Origin: Candidatus Woesebacteria bacterium
GTDB lineage: Bacteria; Patescibacteriota; Microgenomatia; UBA8517
Reading direction: 5' to 3'
NCBI GenBank assembly: GCA_013374855.1
Contig: CP055308.1
Location: 337,833-401,832, forward strand
Length of the DNA stretch: 64,000 nucleotides
In this document: positions 9,412 to 18,286 of the stretch, piece after piece
Layout: each line of letters begins with the position of its first letter
How positions within the stretch are numbered: the stretch's first letter is position 1
Position numbers and translations under genes: made by a program
Notes under the pieces: generated by a model
What the model was told of the DNA's origin: nothing
The model's input: only the letters and a program-made list of their open reading frames with translations
The model's database searches: none

Positions 9412-10733
9412 TAGTTTGTAAAAAGCAGAACGCCACTTGCTGTAAACAATAGTAAACCGGCAAAAAGCAAAATTAAAGTAGGTGTTTTAACACCGGATTC
9501 GGGTTGGGCAGGGGTAGCTGATGGGCTTGCTATTTTTGGGGTAGGAGTGAAAGCAAGTGGTGTTGGTGTTAGACTTGCCGAAGGTGTGCTTTCAAAAGCA
9601 GGCTCATCTGTTTCTGCAGCTTTGATTGTAAAGTTTCTCACAATGTTTCTTAAGATTCCGTTTTCGTCACGATAGGTGATTGTTATTTTGTGCTCCCCTG
9701 GAGACAGATTTTTGGGAGGGGACCATCTCCAAGTACCGTCGGATGATGCTCTTATGGTATCGGAAATCGGGCTTTCGGATTCTACCTTAATTGTTATTTG
9801 TTCTTGGGGAGGAGCTTTTCCAAAAAATTCTGGTTTGGTTGTGTAAATTGTTTCTCCGTCTTCTATGCTTTCAAGAGATACCGTTTTGTTTGTAGTTGTG
9901 TTTTTTTCATTTTCTTCAATGTCAAACCTTGGTTTCTTGGTTTTTTCTTCTGGTGTTTCAATTTCTGAGCTTGGCAGAGAAGCTTCTTGGTTTGTTGTTG
10001 TAGATGTTATGTTTGTAAAGTCGTGGTTTTCTCCCAATATCATTGGTGGGAGAGTTAAACCTGTTGCTAAATAAGCTTCTGCGGTTGATATTCCTTGGGG
10101 TCCTGCTTGAGCAATGATGGAGACTTTGAGGTTGGAAACTGATTGGAGATAATTACTTAAATTGCTGTCTAGAAGAGAGTTAATATTTATTATCCAATTG
10201 CCATTTCCTGATGTTGTAGTTGATAGAACTTGCGCTCCCTCTATGTTTAGGATTACAAGAATGTTTGTTGCTTCAGTTCCTGAAGCAGTGATGACTTTAC
10301 CTCCTATTCTTATATTGTCTGATGACGCATTGTTGAGTGGTGGTGCTGTCTTAACTTCCCATGCTTTTTGATTGTTGTCATACGTCTTGTCGTCTGAGAT
10401 TATTTTGAAAAAGTAATTTTTGTTTGGGGAAAGTCCTGAGATAGTTGATGAGTGTACAAAGCTTTTGCCTTCTATTTCATCTAGTGCTGTTTGGTTTAGA
10501 TTGTTTTCACTTTCTCCCCATATAACAAAACCTGTTGTTCTTTGAGAAGTTGTCCATATTACAGAAAAAGATGAACTTGTTATGTTTGTAATTTTTACAT
10601 CTTGAGGAGGATAATTTCCTTCAGCGCCAAGCCTAAATATTTGCCTTTGTTTGACAAGAATTACAGCTATGGGTAAACTTGTTATAAGCAGGAATAACCC
10701 GATTATTGTTGGTATTCTTATTTTGTCCATCAT
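9411..10733 (-). CDS. Fibronectin type III / Ig-like surface protein with QPESG sorting signal
   Basis: 440 aa; PQDVKITNITSSSFSVIWTT...GLSPNKNYFFKI (Fn3-like); bacterial Ig-like PEFFGKAPP...DGTWRW...LSPGEHKITI; ends QPESGVKTPT plus TM. Confidence 0.75.
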   Translation of the reverse strand: MMDKIRIPTIIGLFLLITSLPIAVILVKQRQIFRLGAEGNYPPQDVKITNITSSSFSVIWTTSQRTTGFVIWGESENNLNQTALDEIEGKSFVHSSTISGLSPNKNYFFKIISDDKTYDNNQKAWEVKTAPPLNNASSDNIRIGGKVITASGTEATNILVILNIEGAQVLSTTTSGNGNWIININSLLDSNLSNYLQSVSNLKVSIIAQAGPQGISTAEAYLATGLTLPPMILGENHDFTNITSTTTNQEASLPSSEIETPEEKTKKPRFDIEENEKNTTTNKTVSLESIEDGETIYTTKPEFFGKAPPQEQITIKVESESPISDTIRASSDGTWRWSPPKNLSPGEHKITITYRDENGILRNIVRNFTIKAAETDEPAFESTPSASLTPTPLAFTPTPKIASPSATPAQPESGVKTPTLILLFAGLLLFTASGVLLFTN

Positions 10734-11092
10734 TACTCCTCATCGATTTCATATTCACCTGTAATTTCATTCCTTTCAACAGGCTCTATTGTAGGCGAGG
10801 GGGTTTCCGTTTTTGGTGTAGGAGTGTTTTGTATGCTAACTTCTTTTGGGGTGGGGTTTGGTGTTTTAATTATTGTTTCCTTGAAACCGCCTTCTTCAAA
10901 GTGTTTTTTATTCTTTATTTTTTCTATTACTTCAAGTCCTACGTTTGGATCAACAGGTTGTATAATTTCTGGAGGAACAACAACAGGCAGAGGTTTTTTG
11001 AAAGTTTGGTAGATGCTATAAAATACCCAGCTTACCACAGTTATTGAGGTAAGGATTAGTGTAAAAACTGAATTTGGTAATTTTTTCGCCAT
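10733..11092 (-). CDS. Small bitopic membrane protein in the PilP position
   Basis: 119 aa; single TM and Pro/Thr-rich tail; start/stop overlaps with both neighbours. Confidence 0.6.
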   Translation of the reverse strand: MAKKLPNSVFTLILTSITVVSWVFYSIYQTFKKPLPVVVPPEIIQPVDPNVGLEVIEKIKNKKHFEEGGFKETIIKTPNPTPKEVSIQNTPTPKTETPSPTIEPVERNEITGEYEIDEE

Positions 11093-11820
11093 TATTGTTC
11101 TTTATCTATCATTTCCATATCTTCTTTTTTAGTGTTTTCTTGATTCTTTTTAATTTCTTTTTCTTTGCTTTCCATAAAGTATAATGCCTTTGCGTTTATG
11201 TTAAGGTTTAATGTCTCGCTATTAGAATCATCCTCGCTGTCTTTTTCTGGTTGCAGATTAAACTGATCGAATATTAGTATTCTTAAGAGGTTTTCGTAAG
11301 TTTGAATGGTTTTTATTAGATTTTCATATCGTCCTTTTATTGAAATACTTGTTTCAAAGTAGCTTGAATTTTCTGGTATTTTTGTTCTATCTACACCTAC
11401 ATTGGAATTGCCTGCCAAGATGATGTTTTTTGTGGATATTGATCTTATTTCAACTTCAGATTCATTTGAGGCAGCTTCGATTTGTCTTATTACTATCTCA
11501 GGGTCTGGTTTTGATGGCAAAGATGTGTCAAGCAAGGAAAGGCTACTTTCTTCTTGCGATAGTATTTGTTGTGCTTTTTGAAGATTTTTTATTTTTATAT
11601 CCATCTTTGACAAAGTCTCTTTTTTGGCTTTTATTTCTTTATTTATTTCTATTATGGTGTTGGCTGTTGGTTTCAAGGCAAAAACAGAAAAAATTACTAT
11701 TGCCAAGGATGTGAGTATTAATTCAACAAAGTTTCTAACATTTTCCTTTTCTTTGTAATAATTGTAGTTTTTCCAGAATAGGTTTTTGTATTGATTGTAC
11801 GTATTTCTCCAGCTTCTCAT
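11092..11820 (-). CDS. pilO: Type IV pilus alignment protein PilO-like
   Basis: TM, coiled coil, LPSKPD..IRQIE..S, ISIKGRYENLIKTIQTYENLLRI (PilO/GspM ferredoxin-like pattern); follows pilN. Confidence 0.7.
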   Translation of the reverse strand: MRSWRNTYNQYKNLFWKNYNYYKEKENVRNFVELILTSLAIVIFSVFALKPTANTIIEINKEIKAKKETLSKMDIKIKNLQKAQQILSQEESSLSLLDTSLPSKPDPEIVIRQIEAASNESEVEIRSISTKNIILAGNSNVGVDRTKIPENSSYFETSISIKGRYENLIKTIQTYENLLRILIFDQFNLQPEKDSEDDSNSETLNLNINAKALYFMESKEKEIKKNQENTKKEDMEMIDKEQ

Positions 11821-11828
11821 ACTTTATT

Positions 11829-12395
11829 TTAATTTTCAGTTTTTTTCACTGGTATAGACAAACTGAATTTTAGTAGTTGACTATTTTCCTCGTCTGGTCC
11901 TATCTGTGACAGAGCGGTATTTTTGAATTCTTCTTGTGATTGAAGGTTAACAAGAATTTGAGCTATAGAATTTTCATCCTTTGCTATGCCAGAAATAGTA
12001 ATTTTTTCTTCGTTTAAGGCAATTGATGACAAAATTATTGTTGGAGGGATTTGACTTGTTAGTTTGCTTATGACCTCGGAAGGAATAATTTTGTTTGATG
12101 AAACCTCGCTTATGATAGAGGTTTTCTTTTGCACTTCTCTAATTCTGTTTTCGGTCTCTTTCATTGCTTTTATTTGTGCTTCTTTTTGTCTTATTTCTTC
12201 TGATAGGTCGGTGTTTTTAGCATCAAGCCAGAATCTAGACATGAAAGCGGAGATGACGAAAAGTTCAACTATTATTACCAGAGTTCTAAAAGTTGATAAG
12301 AACCAAACCAAGACTCTGCCTGCAGTTGTTTCTGAGAACTTGTCTTGAGGCAATAAATTTATTTGTTTTTCTTTCTTGCTTTTAAGGGCAGACAT
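11829..12395 (-). CDS. pilN: Type IV pilus alignment protein PilN-like
   Basis: INLLP motif, TM, coiled coil, IPPTIILSSI...ITISGIA...IAQILVNL; likely start ATG 12395. Confidence 0.8.
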   Translation of the reverse strand: MSALKSKKEKQINLLPQDKFSETTAGRVLVWFLSTFRTLVIIVELFVISAFMSRFWLDAKNTDLSEEIRQKEAQIKAMKETENRIREVQKKTSIISEVSSNKIIPSEVISKLTSQIPPTIILSSIALNEEKITISGIAKDENSIAQILVNLQSQEEFKNTALSQIGPDEENSQLLKFSLSIPVKKTEN

Positions 12396-12434
12396 CAAAG
12401 AAATAATATCACAAAGCAATTAGTACTGGAAGTA

Positions 12435-12695
12435 TTATTTTTTGTTCTTTTTATTTTTTACAAGGGGTGTGATTTTTGAGATTTTGCTTTTAATTCTTGA
12501 AGCTTTGTTTTTGTGAATTGCTTTCTTTTTTGCTGCCTTGTCTATTTCTGATATTAGTTTTTTTAAGATTTCTGGATTTTTATCTTTTTTGAACTTTCTC
12601 ATTAAGATATCGATTTTTTTGAAGATCAATAAGTTTTTTGCCCGTTTTCTTAACGAACTTCGGAGGGCTCTCTTGGCTGTCTTTGTTACTGGCAT
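12435..12695 (-). CDS. rpsT: 30S ribosomal protein S20
   Basis: MPVTKTAKRALR...IDKAAKKKAIHKNKASRIKS. Confidence 0.95.
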   Translation of the reverse strand: MPVTKTAKRALRSSLRKRAKNLLIFKKIDILMRKFKKDKNPEILKKLISEIDKAAKKKAIHKNKASRIKSKISKITPLVKNKKNKK

Positions 12696-12758
12696 ATATT
12701 GTATTTTTTTAAATTACTTTGTGAAGTATAATTCAGTTAAGTTTCATTTTCAACTACT

Positions 12759-14480
12759 ATGTTTGAGAAAATATTGGGAAAAAGCAAAAAATTTTTTTCC
12801 TCGCAGCAGACTTCGATTTTGTCGGCGGCATTTGTAATTATGGTTATGGTTATTTTTTCAAGAATTTTAGGCCTTGTAAGACAAAGAGTTCTTGCCCACT
12901 TCTTTAATGTAAATGAGCTTTCTTTGTTTTTTGCAGCATTTAGGCTTCCTGATACTTTGTTTGAGGTCTTGATTTTTGGCTCATTTTCTTCTGCTTTTGT
13001 TCCTGTTTTTGCACGGCTTGCGAAAAAAAATATTATAAAAGCTTGGGGTCTTGCCTCAAGTGTAATGAACGTTGGGCTCATTGTTTTTTTTGTTTTGGTT
13101 TTGGGATTTCTTTTTTTGGCTTCTCGTTTTTACTCCATTTTTGCACCAGGATTCACAACAGAAGATCAGGAGAAAATTGTTTATTTGAGCAGGTTTCTTT
13201 TTTTAGCACAAGGAATATTTGTTGCAAGTTATGTCTTAACGGGGGTTCTCGAGTCTCTCAAAAGGTTTTTGATACCTGCGCTTGCCCCTGTCTTTTACAA
13301 TTTGGGAATTATCTTGGGAACAATAGTTTTCTATTCTCGCTTTCATCTTTTGGCGCCTGTTTTGGGAGTAATTGTAGGAGCTGTTCTTCATTTTTTGATT
13401 CAATATCCTCTCGCGCATAATTTGGGTTTTCGTTTTAGTTTTCGCGTAAACGAAAAAGAAAGTTTGAAGAAAGTGGCAAAGCTTGCTTTTCCAAGGATTA
13501 TAGAGGTCTCTTTTTTGCAGGTTTCCAAAGTGGCAGAGCTCTTCTTTTCTTCTTTGATATCTTCTGCTTCCTATGCCTATTATACTTTTGCCAATACTCT
13601 GCAACTTTTGCCTGTTGGACTTATTGGGTTGTCCATTTCCAAGGCGGCTCTTCCGAGTTTCTCAGAAAAAGCTGATTCAAGGAAGGAGTTTGCTGATTTA
13701 TTTTGGAAAACTTTCAATGAGATGGTTTTTCTTATTTTGCCAATTTCTGCTTCACTTTTTGTATTAAGAATTCCTTTGGTAAGGCTTGTTTATGGCACTG
13801 ATATTTTTGATTGGGAGGCAACTGTGCAAACAGGTCTTGTTCTTTCTGCCTTTGCGGTAAGTATTACCTTTCAGGCGGTCAACTCTTTGATGTCGAGGGC
13901 TTTTTATGCCTTGCACGACACAAGAACTCCTGTTTTGGTTTCGGTTTTTTCTTTGATTGTTGTTGTGGTTTTGGACTTTGTATTTATAAGGGTCTTGGGT
14001 TTACCGATTTGGGGTTTGGCAGCCGCGTTTTCTTTGGCTAGTTTTTTGCAGTTTTTACTTCTTTTTTTTCTTATAAACAGGGAGTTTGGGGGGGGTTTTT
14101 TATTTGTTAACTTTTATCTTCTCTTTAAGAAATCTGTTGCTGTTTTGTTGTCTTCCTTCTTAATGTTTTTTATGTTGAAGTTTTTTGACAGAAGTGTGTG
14201 GGTGAAAGAACTTTCTTTTTTGGGGAAAACAAGTATTGCTGAGAAAATTTCTTTTGAAAGTTTTGTTTTGGATACTCGGTATACCTTTAATCTTTTGGTT
14301 CTGACAATTCTGGTCTTTCTTGTTGGATTTTTGTCATATATTGCATTTTCCTTGATTCTTGGGAACAGGGAAATTTACTCGTTTTATAGATTAATAAAGT
14401 CAAGATTGTTGCTTCAGTTTGATAGATTGAAGAGAGTTGAGATTAAGGAGGAAAGTGTTAATATTCCACCGGATCAATGA
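12759..14480 (+). CDS. murJ: Lipid II flippase MurJ/MviN
   Basis: SRILGLVR, AAFRLPD, SAFVPVF, RAFYALHDTRTPV. Confidence 0.93.
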   Translation: MFEKILGKSKKFFSSQQTSILSAAFVIMVMVIFSRILGLVRQRVLAHFFNVNELSLFFAAFRLPDTLFEVLIFGSFSSAFVPVFARLAKKNIIKAWGLASSVMNVGLIVFFVLVLGFLFLASRFYSIFAPGFTTEDQEKIVYLSRFLFLAQGIFVASYVLTGVLESLKRFLIPALAPVFYNLGIILGTIVFYSRFHLLAPVLGVIVGAVLHFLIQYPLAHNLGFRFSFRVNEKESLKKVAKLAFPRIIEVSFLQVSKVAELFFSSLISSASYAYYTFANTLQLLPVGLIGLSISKAALPSFSEKADSRKEFADLFWKTFNEMVFLILPISASLFVLRIPLVRLVYGTDIFDWEATVQTGLVLSAFAVSITFQAVNSLMSRAFYALHDTRTPVLVSVFSLIVVVVLDFVFIRVLGLPIWGLAAAFSLASFLQFLLLFFLINREFGGGFLFVNFYLLFKKSVAVLLSSFLMFFMLKFFDRSVWVKELSFLGKTSIAEKISFESFVLDTRYTFNLLVLTILVFLVGFLSYIAFSLILGNREIYSFYRLIKSRLLLQFDRLKRVEIKEESVNIPPDQ

Positions 14481-14662
14481 GCAATTTAGAGGTAGTTCTA
14501 TCTATGTGAATGAAATTTGGAGATCATTCTAAAGTTGAAAATTAAGATTTTTTAGAGTTTTAACTTATGACTTATAATATAATTTAATTTTTACTTTTGA
14601 GTTGATATTCCACTTTCTAGAATTTTTAAGTTGTGGTTTTATTCTTTGAATTCTATGGGGTC

Positions 14663-14699
14663 TTGACAAGTTTTAGCACTCATATTATTATTCTGCTAA
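14663..14699 (+). promoter_or_regulatory. Sigma70 promoter overlapped by a degenerate CIRCE operator (hrcA operon)
   Basis: TTGACA 14663-68, 17 bp, TATTAT 14686-91. TTAGCACTC-N9-TTCTGCTAA at 14673-14699 (consensus TTAGCACTC-N9-GAGTGCTAA). Confidence 0.85.
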
Positions 14700-14713
14700 A
14701 GGAGGATTTGTAT

Positions 14714-15439
14714 ATGTCTGATGTGCTAACTGCAAGACAAACTCAAATTCTTAAGGCTTTGATTGATGAGTATATAGAAACGGCAGAGCCTGTTGGGTCG
14801 GAGGTTCTTGAAAAGAAATACAACCTTGACGTATCCTCAGCCACAATAAGAAATGAAATGGCTGATCTTACTAAGATGGGCTATCTTAGACAGCCTCATA
14901 CTTCGGCTGGTAGAATGCCTACTTCGAAGGCAATGAAATTTTATATAAGCCAGCTTATGGAGGAAAAGAAAATGAGCTTAGCTGATGAAATTAAAGTTAA
15001 GGAAAAGGTGAGTGAAGTAAAAGATAATATAGATGAACTTATGGATGAAATGGTCCACAGTTTGGCTGAGAAGACATCATCTCTTTCTGTTGGGGTGGTT
15101 GATGATGGTAGAAACTGGGTTGCTGGTTTGCCCTACATTTTTAATAATCCTGAATTCAGAGATTTAAACTTGTGTGCAGGTGTTTTTTCATTTCTTGACG
15201 AAGAAGAGAGGCTTCTTGATTTGTTTTTCCAAAGGTTTCTTGGCAGTTCGCCAGTTGAAGTTTTATTTGGAGATGAGCTTGGTTTTCCTTATCTTGAGCC
15301 TATTGGAATAGTGGCTACTCACTTTAATATAAAAGGGCAAAGAGGCGCCTTGGGTGTTATAGGTCCAATGCGTCTGAGTTATCCTTATGTTGTACCACTT
15401 CTTCGTTATTATGGTAGTGTTGTAGAGGAGGTAGTTTGA
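14714..15439 (+). CDS. hrcA: Heat-inducible transcription repressor HrcA (compact)
   Basis: LTARQ..IL..LIDEYI..AEPVGS, SSATIRNEM, QPHTSAGRMPT, LGVIGPMR; ATG 14714 after GGAGG. Confidence 0.93.
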   Translation: MSDVLTARQTQILKALIDEYIETAEPVGSEVLEKKYNLDVSSATIRNEMADLTKMGYLRQPHTSAGRMPTSKAMKFYISQLMEEKKMSLADEIKVKEKVSEVKDNIDELMDEMVHSLAEKTSSLSVGVVDDGRNWVAGLPYIFNNPEFRDLNLCAGVFSFLDEEERLLDLFFQRFLGSSPVEVLFGDELGFPYLEPIGIVATHFNIKGQRGALGVIGPMRLSYPYVVPLLRYYGSVVEEVV

Positions 15440-15888
15440 TGTCTATGAAAAAAATGAAAGGTAAAAAAGAAAAAGACGAGATTCAGGAGCTGCGTGGTCA
15501 ATTGGCTCGTGCGCTGGCTGATTATGATAATTTGCAGAAAAGGACAGAAAAGGAAAAACAAGAGTGGACAAAATTTGCCAATAAAGATTTGGTGTCAAAA
15601 TTTTTGCCGATTTATGATATGATTTTATCTGCGCAAAAGCATTTGGGTGATCCTGGTATTGCGATTGTTGTTTCTAATTTTGAAAATATATTGGCAGAGG
15701 AGGGAATAGAAATTATCCGCCCGAAAGTAGGCGAAAAATTTGACGAAGGTCTCCATGAAGCCTTAGATGTAGATGAAACAGATGATCCGTCAAAAGCAGG
15801 TAAAATATCATCTCTGGTTCTACCTGGTTTTAAGTTCAAAGATGGTATGATAATAAGACATGCTAAAGTTAATGTTTTTAGGAGTTAA
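15439..15888 (+). CDS. grpE: Nucleotide exchange factor GrpE
   Basis: RALADYDNLQKR, GEKFDEGLHEA, IRHAKV; lies between hrcA and dnaK. Confidence 0.93.
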   Translation: MSMKKMKGKKEKDEIQELRGQLARALADYDNLQKRTEKEKQEWTKFANKDLVSKFLPIYDMILSAQKHLGDPGIAIVVSNFENILAEEGIEIIRPKVGEKFDEGLHEALDVDETDDPSKAGKISSLVLPGFKFKDGMIIRHAKVNVFRS

Positions 15889-15897
15889 AATAAAAAT

Positions 15898-17790
15898 ATG
15901 AGCAAAATAGTTGGAATAGATTTAGGAACAACAAATTCTGTAGTTGCTGTAATGGAAGCAGGCCGGCCTAAGGTCATACCTGCTTCTGATACCGGGCGCA
16001 ACATAACTCCTTCTGTGGTTGAGCCTGTTAAAAATTTGGTTGGAGATGTTGCAAAAAGGCAAATGATTTTAAACCCCAAGAATACGATTTATTCTATCAA
16101 GAGACTGATAGGACGTAGGATTGATGACGCTGAAGTCAAGAGAACAAAGGAAATGGTTCCTTATGAGATAGTGGCAGGCAAAGATGGTTCTGCGTGTGTG
16201 GAGGTAGAAGGTAAAGTTTATACTCCTCAGGAAATTTCGGCTCGTATTTTGATGAAGCTTAAGAAAGATGCGGAGGATTATTTGGGAGAAAAGGTGGAAG
16301 CGGCAGTGATTACAGTTCCCGCTTATTTTGACGATTCTCAAAGGCAGGCGACAAAACAAGCGGGAGAGATAGCCGGGCTTAAGGTAGAGCGTATTATAAA
16401 TGAGCCAACTGCCGCGTCATTGGCTTATGGATTGGATAAGAAAAATGCCCAGAAGATTGCAGTCTATGACTTAGGTGGTGGTACTTTCGATATTTCCATT
16501 TTGGAACTTGGCGAAGGTGTCTTTGAGGTGAAGGCGACAAATGGAGATACTCATCTTGGAGGAGATGATTTTGATGAGGCGATAGTTAACTACATTTGCG
16601 ATGAGTTCAAGAAAGAATATGCGGTTGACTTAAAAACTGACAGGCAAGCACTTCAGAGGATAAGAGATGCTGCTGAGAAAGCAAAAATTGAGCTTTCTGC
16701 GGCAGCTGAAGTTGAAATAAATCAGCCTTATATAACTCAGAAAGACGGTCAACCACTTCATCTTACAATGAAGTTAACGAGAGCAAAACTTGAAAGCTTG
16801 GTTGATGAGCTTATTCAAAAAACCATAAAGCCCGTGGAGGCTTGTCTAAAGGACGCCAAGCTTGACCCGTATGATATTGATGAGGTTATTCTGGTTGGTG
16901 GAATGACTAGGATGCCAAAGGTGGTAGAAACGGTTAAGAATTTCTTTGGCAAAGAGCCGAATAAGTCTGTTAATCCGGATGAGGTTGTGGCAGTTGGTGC
17001 CGCAATTCAGGCAGGGGTTCTTGGGGGCGAAGTCAAAGACATACTTCTTCTTGATGTTACACCGCTTACTTTGGCAATTGAGACATTGGGTAATGTAGCA
17101 ACGCCCATGATTCCAAGGAATACAACCATTCCGACTTCTAAGACGGAAATCTTTTCAACAGCTGCTGATAATCAAACACAGGTTGAGATACATGTTGTAC
17201 AGGGAGAGCGTCCGATGGCCTCAGATAATAAAAGTTTGGGGAGGTTTATTCTTGATGGTATTCCTCCGGCGCCTCGCGGTGTTCCACAGATAGAGGTTAC
17301 TTTTGATATAGACGCCTCTGGAATTTTAAAGGTTACAGCTAAGGATAAAGCAACAGGGAAAAGTCAAAATATAACAATAAGCGGGGCAATAGGGCTTTCT
17401 GAAGATGAGGTAAAAAGGATGCAGGAGGAAGCCGAAAAGCATAGGGCAGAAGATGAGAAGAAGGCAGAAAGGGTAAAAGCAAGGAATAATGCTGATGCAA
17501 TGATAGCCACTGCCGAGAAGGCGCTAAAGGACGCAGGGGATAAAGTGGCTGACGATGTTAAGAAAAATGTAGAGGAGAAGATAAAGGCGCTGAAGGATAT
17601 CTTGGAGACAGCAGAGAAAGATGAGCTTGAGGCAAAGACGAAAGAGCTTTCAGAAGTACTCTCAAGTATTGGGCAAGCTATGTATGGGCAAAATGCTCAG
17701 GCTCAAGATAGTACTGGAGACAAGACTGACCAAAAAGAAGATAAAAAAGGTGGTGATGGCAAAGTAGAAGAGGGAGAAGTGGTTGAGTGA
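15898..17790 (+). CDS. dnaK: Chaperone DnaK
   Basis: [32 protein letters not shown]. Confidence 0.99.
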   Translation: MSKIVGIDLGTTNSVVAVMEAGRPKVIPASDTGRNITPSVVEPVKNLVGDVAKRQMILNPKNTIYSIKRLIGRRIDDAEVKRTKEMVPYEIVAGKDGSACVEVEGKVYTPQEISARILMKLKKDAEDYLGEKVEAAVITVPAYFDDSQRQATKQAGEIAGLKVERIINEPTAASLAYGLDKKNAQKIAVYDLGGGTFDISILELGEGVFEVKATNGDTHLGGDDFDEAIVNYICDEFKKEYAVDLKTDRQALQRIRDAAEKAKIELSAAAEVEINQPYITQKDGQPLHLTMKLTRAKLESLVDELIQKTIKPVEACLKDAKLDPYDIDEVILVGGMTRMPKVVETVKNFFGKEPNKSVNPDEVVAVGAAIQAGVLGGEVKDILLLDVTPLTLAIETLGNVATPMIPRNTTIPTSKTEIFSTAADNQTQVEIHVVQGERPMASDNKSLGRFILDGIPPAPRGVPQIEVTFDIDASGILKVTAKDKATGKSQNITISGAIGLSEDEVKRMQEEAEKHRAEDEKKAERVKARNNADAMIATAEKALKDAGDKVADDVKKNVEEKIKALKDILETAEKDELEAKTKELSEVLSSIGQAMYGQNAQAQDSTGDKTDQKEDKKGGDGKVEEGEVVE

Positions 17791-17806
17791 TTTTAGAACT
17801 TGCAAT

Positions 17807-18115
17807 TCACTTTCTTGAAGAAGCAGGTTGATTTCCTTCAAGTATTCTTGCAACAACCTTCCCTATTTCTTGGGGAGTGTACCCTGCTTCAAGCATTCTT
17901 CTTGCAACCTCTTCTGCTCTTTGTTGAAGAGTGGGTTTCGGTTTCCCCTTTTTCCCTTTATTGCCCTCAATTGGTGGCTCGCCACTGATCATGTTCGCAG
18001 CGTCAATTCCAGCTTGGACTATTTCCTCTTTCTCTCCGAGGACAGCGGCAATTACAGCCCCTCTAAATTGAGGTAAATGACCCGCCCTTCGATCTATTTC
18101 TAATCTTATACTCAT
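17807..18115 (-). CDS. Hypothetical 102-aa protein, possible C-terminal helical/HTH-like domain
   Basis: ATG start with upstream minus-strand TTGAAA...TATAAT; fills the dnaK-clpB gap; C-terminal RAEEVARRMLEAGYTPQEIGKVV. Confidence 0.6.
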   Translation of the reverse strand: MSIRLEIDRRAGHLPQFRGAVIAAVLGEKEEIVQAGIDAANMISGEPPIEGNKGKKGKPKPTLQQRAEEVARRMLEAGYTPQEIGKVVARILEGNQPASSRK

Positions 18116-18182
18116 CTTGGTTCTATTGTCGTATTATAGTTTTTTTGTTTTTAATTTCAACTATCTGTCAGATGTCAATTTG

Positions 18183-18211
18183 TACCTTTAAGGGAGCCTC
18201 CCTTAAAGGTA
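18183..18211. repeat. Perfect 14-bp inverted repeat with 1-nt centre
   Basis: tacctttaagggag-c-ctcccttaaaggta. Confidence 0.95.
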
Positions 18212-18217
18212 TCATAT

Positions 18218-18258
18218 TTAGCAGTCAACTTGACCAAGTGCTAAATGTGATGTAATAT
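18218..18258 (+). promoter_or_regulatory. CIRCE operator overlapping the clpB promoter
   Basis: TTAGCAGTC-N9-AAGTGCTAA at 18218-18244; TTGACC 18230-35, 17 bp, TAATAT 18253-58. Confidence 0.88.
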
Positions 18259-18286
18259 CAGTTTTGTATTAGAATAAATAAAGTCT

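Noticed and set aside
14088-14101. G8/T6 homopolymer in murJ as a phase-variation tract
   Set aside because: The frame is intact, the gene is probably essential, and homopolymers are common in this G/T-skewed sequence.
14481-14660. AT-rich gap between murJ and hrcA as an ncRNA or gene remnant
   Set aside because: No stable structure, repeat or credible ORF seen.
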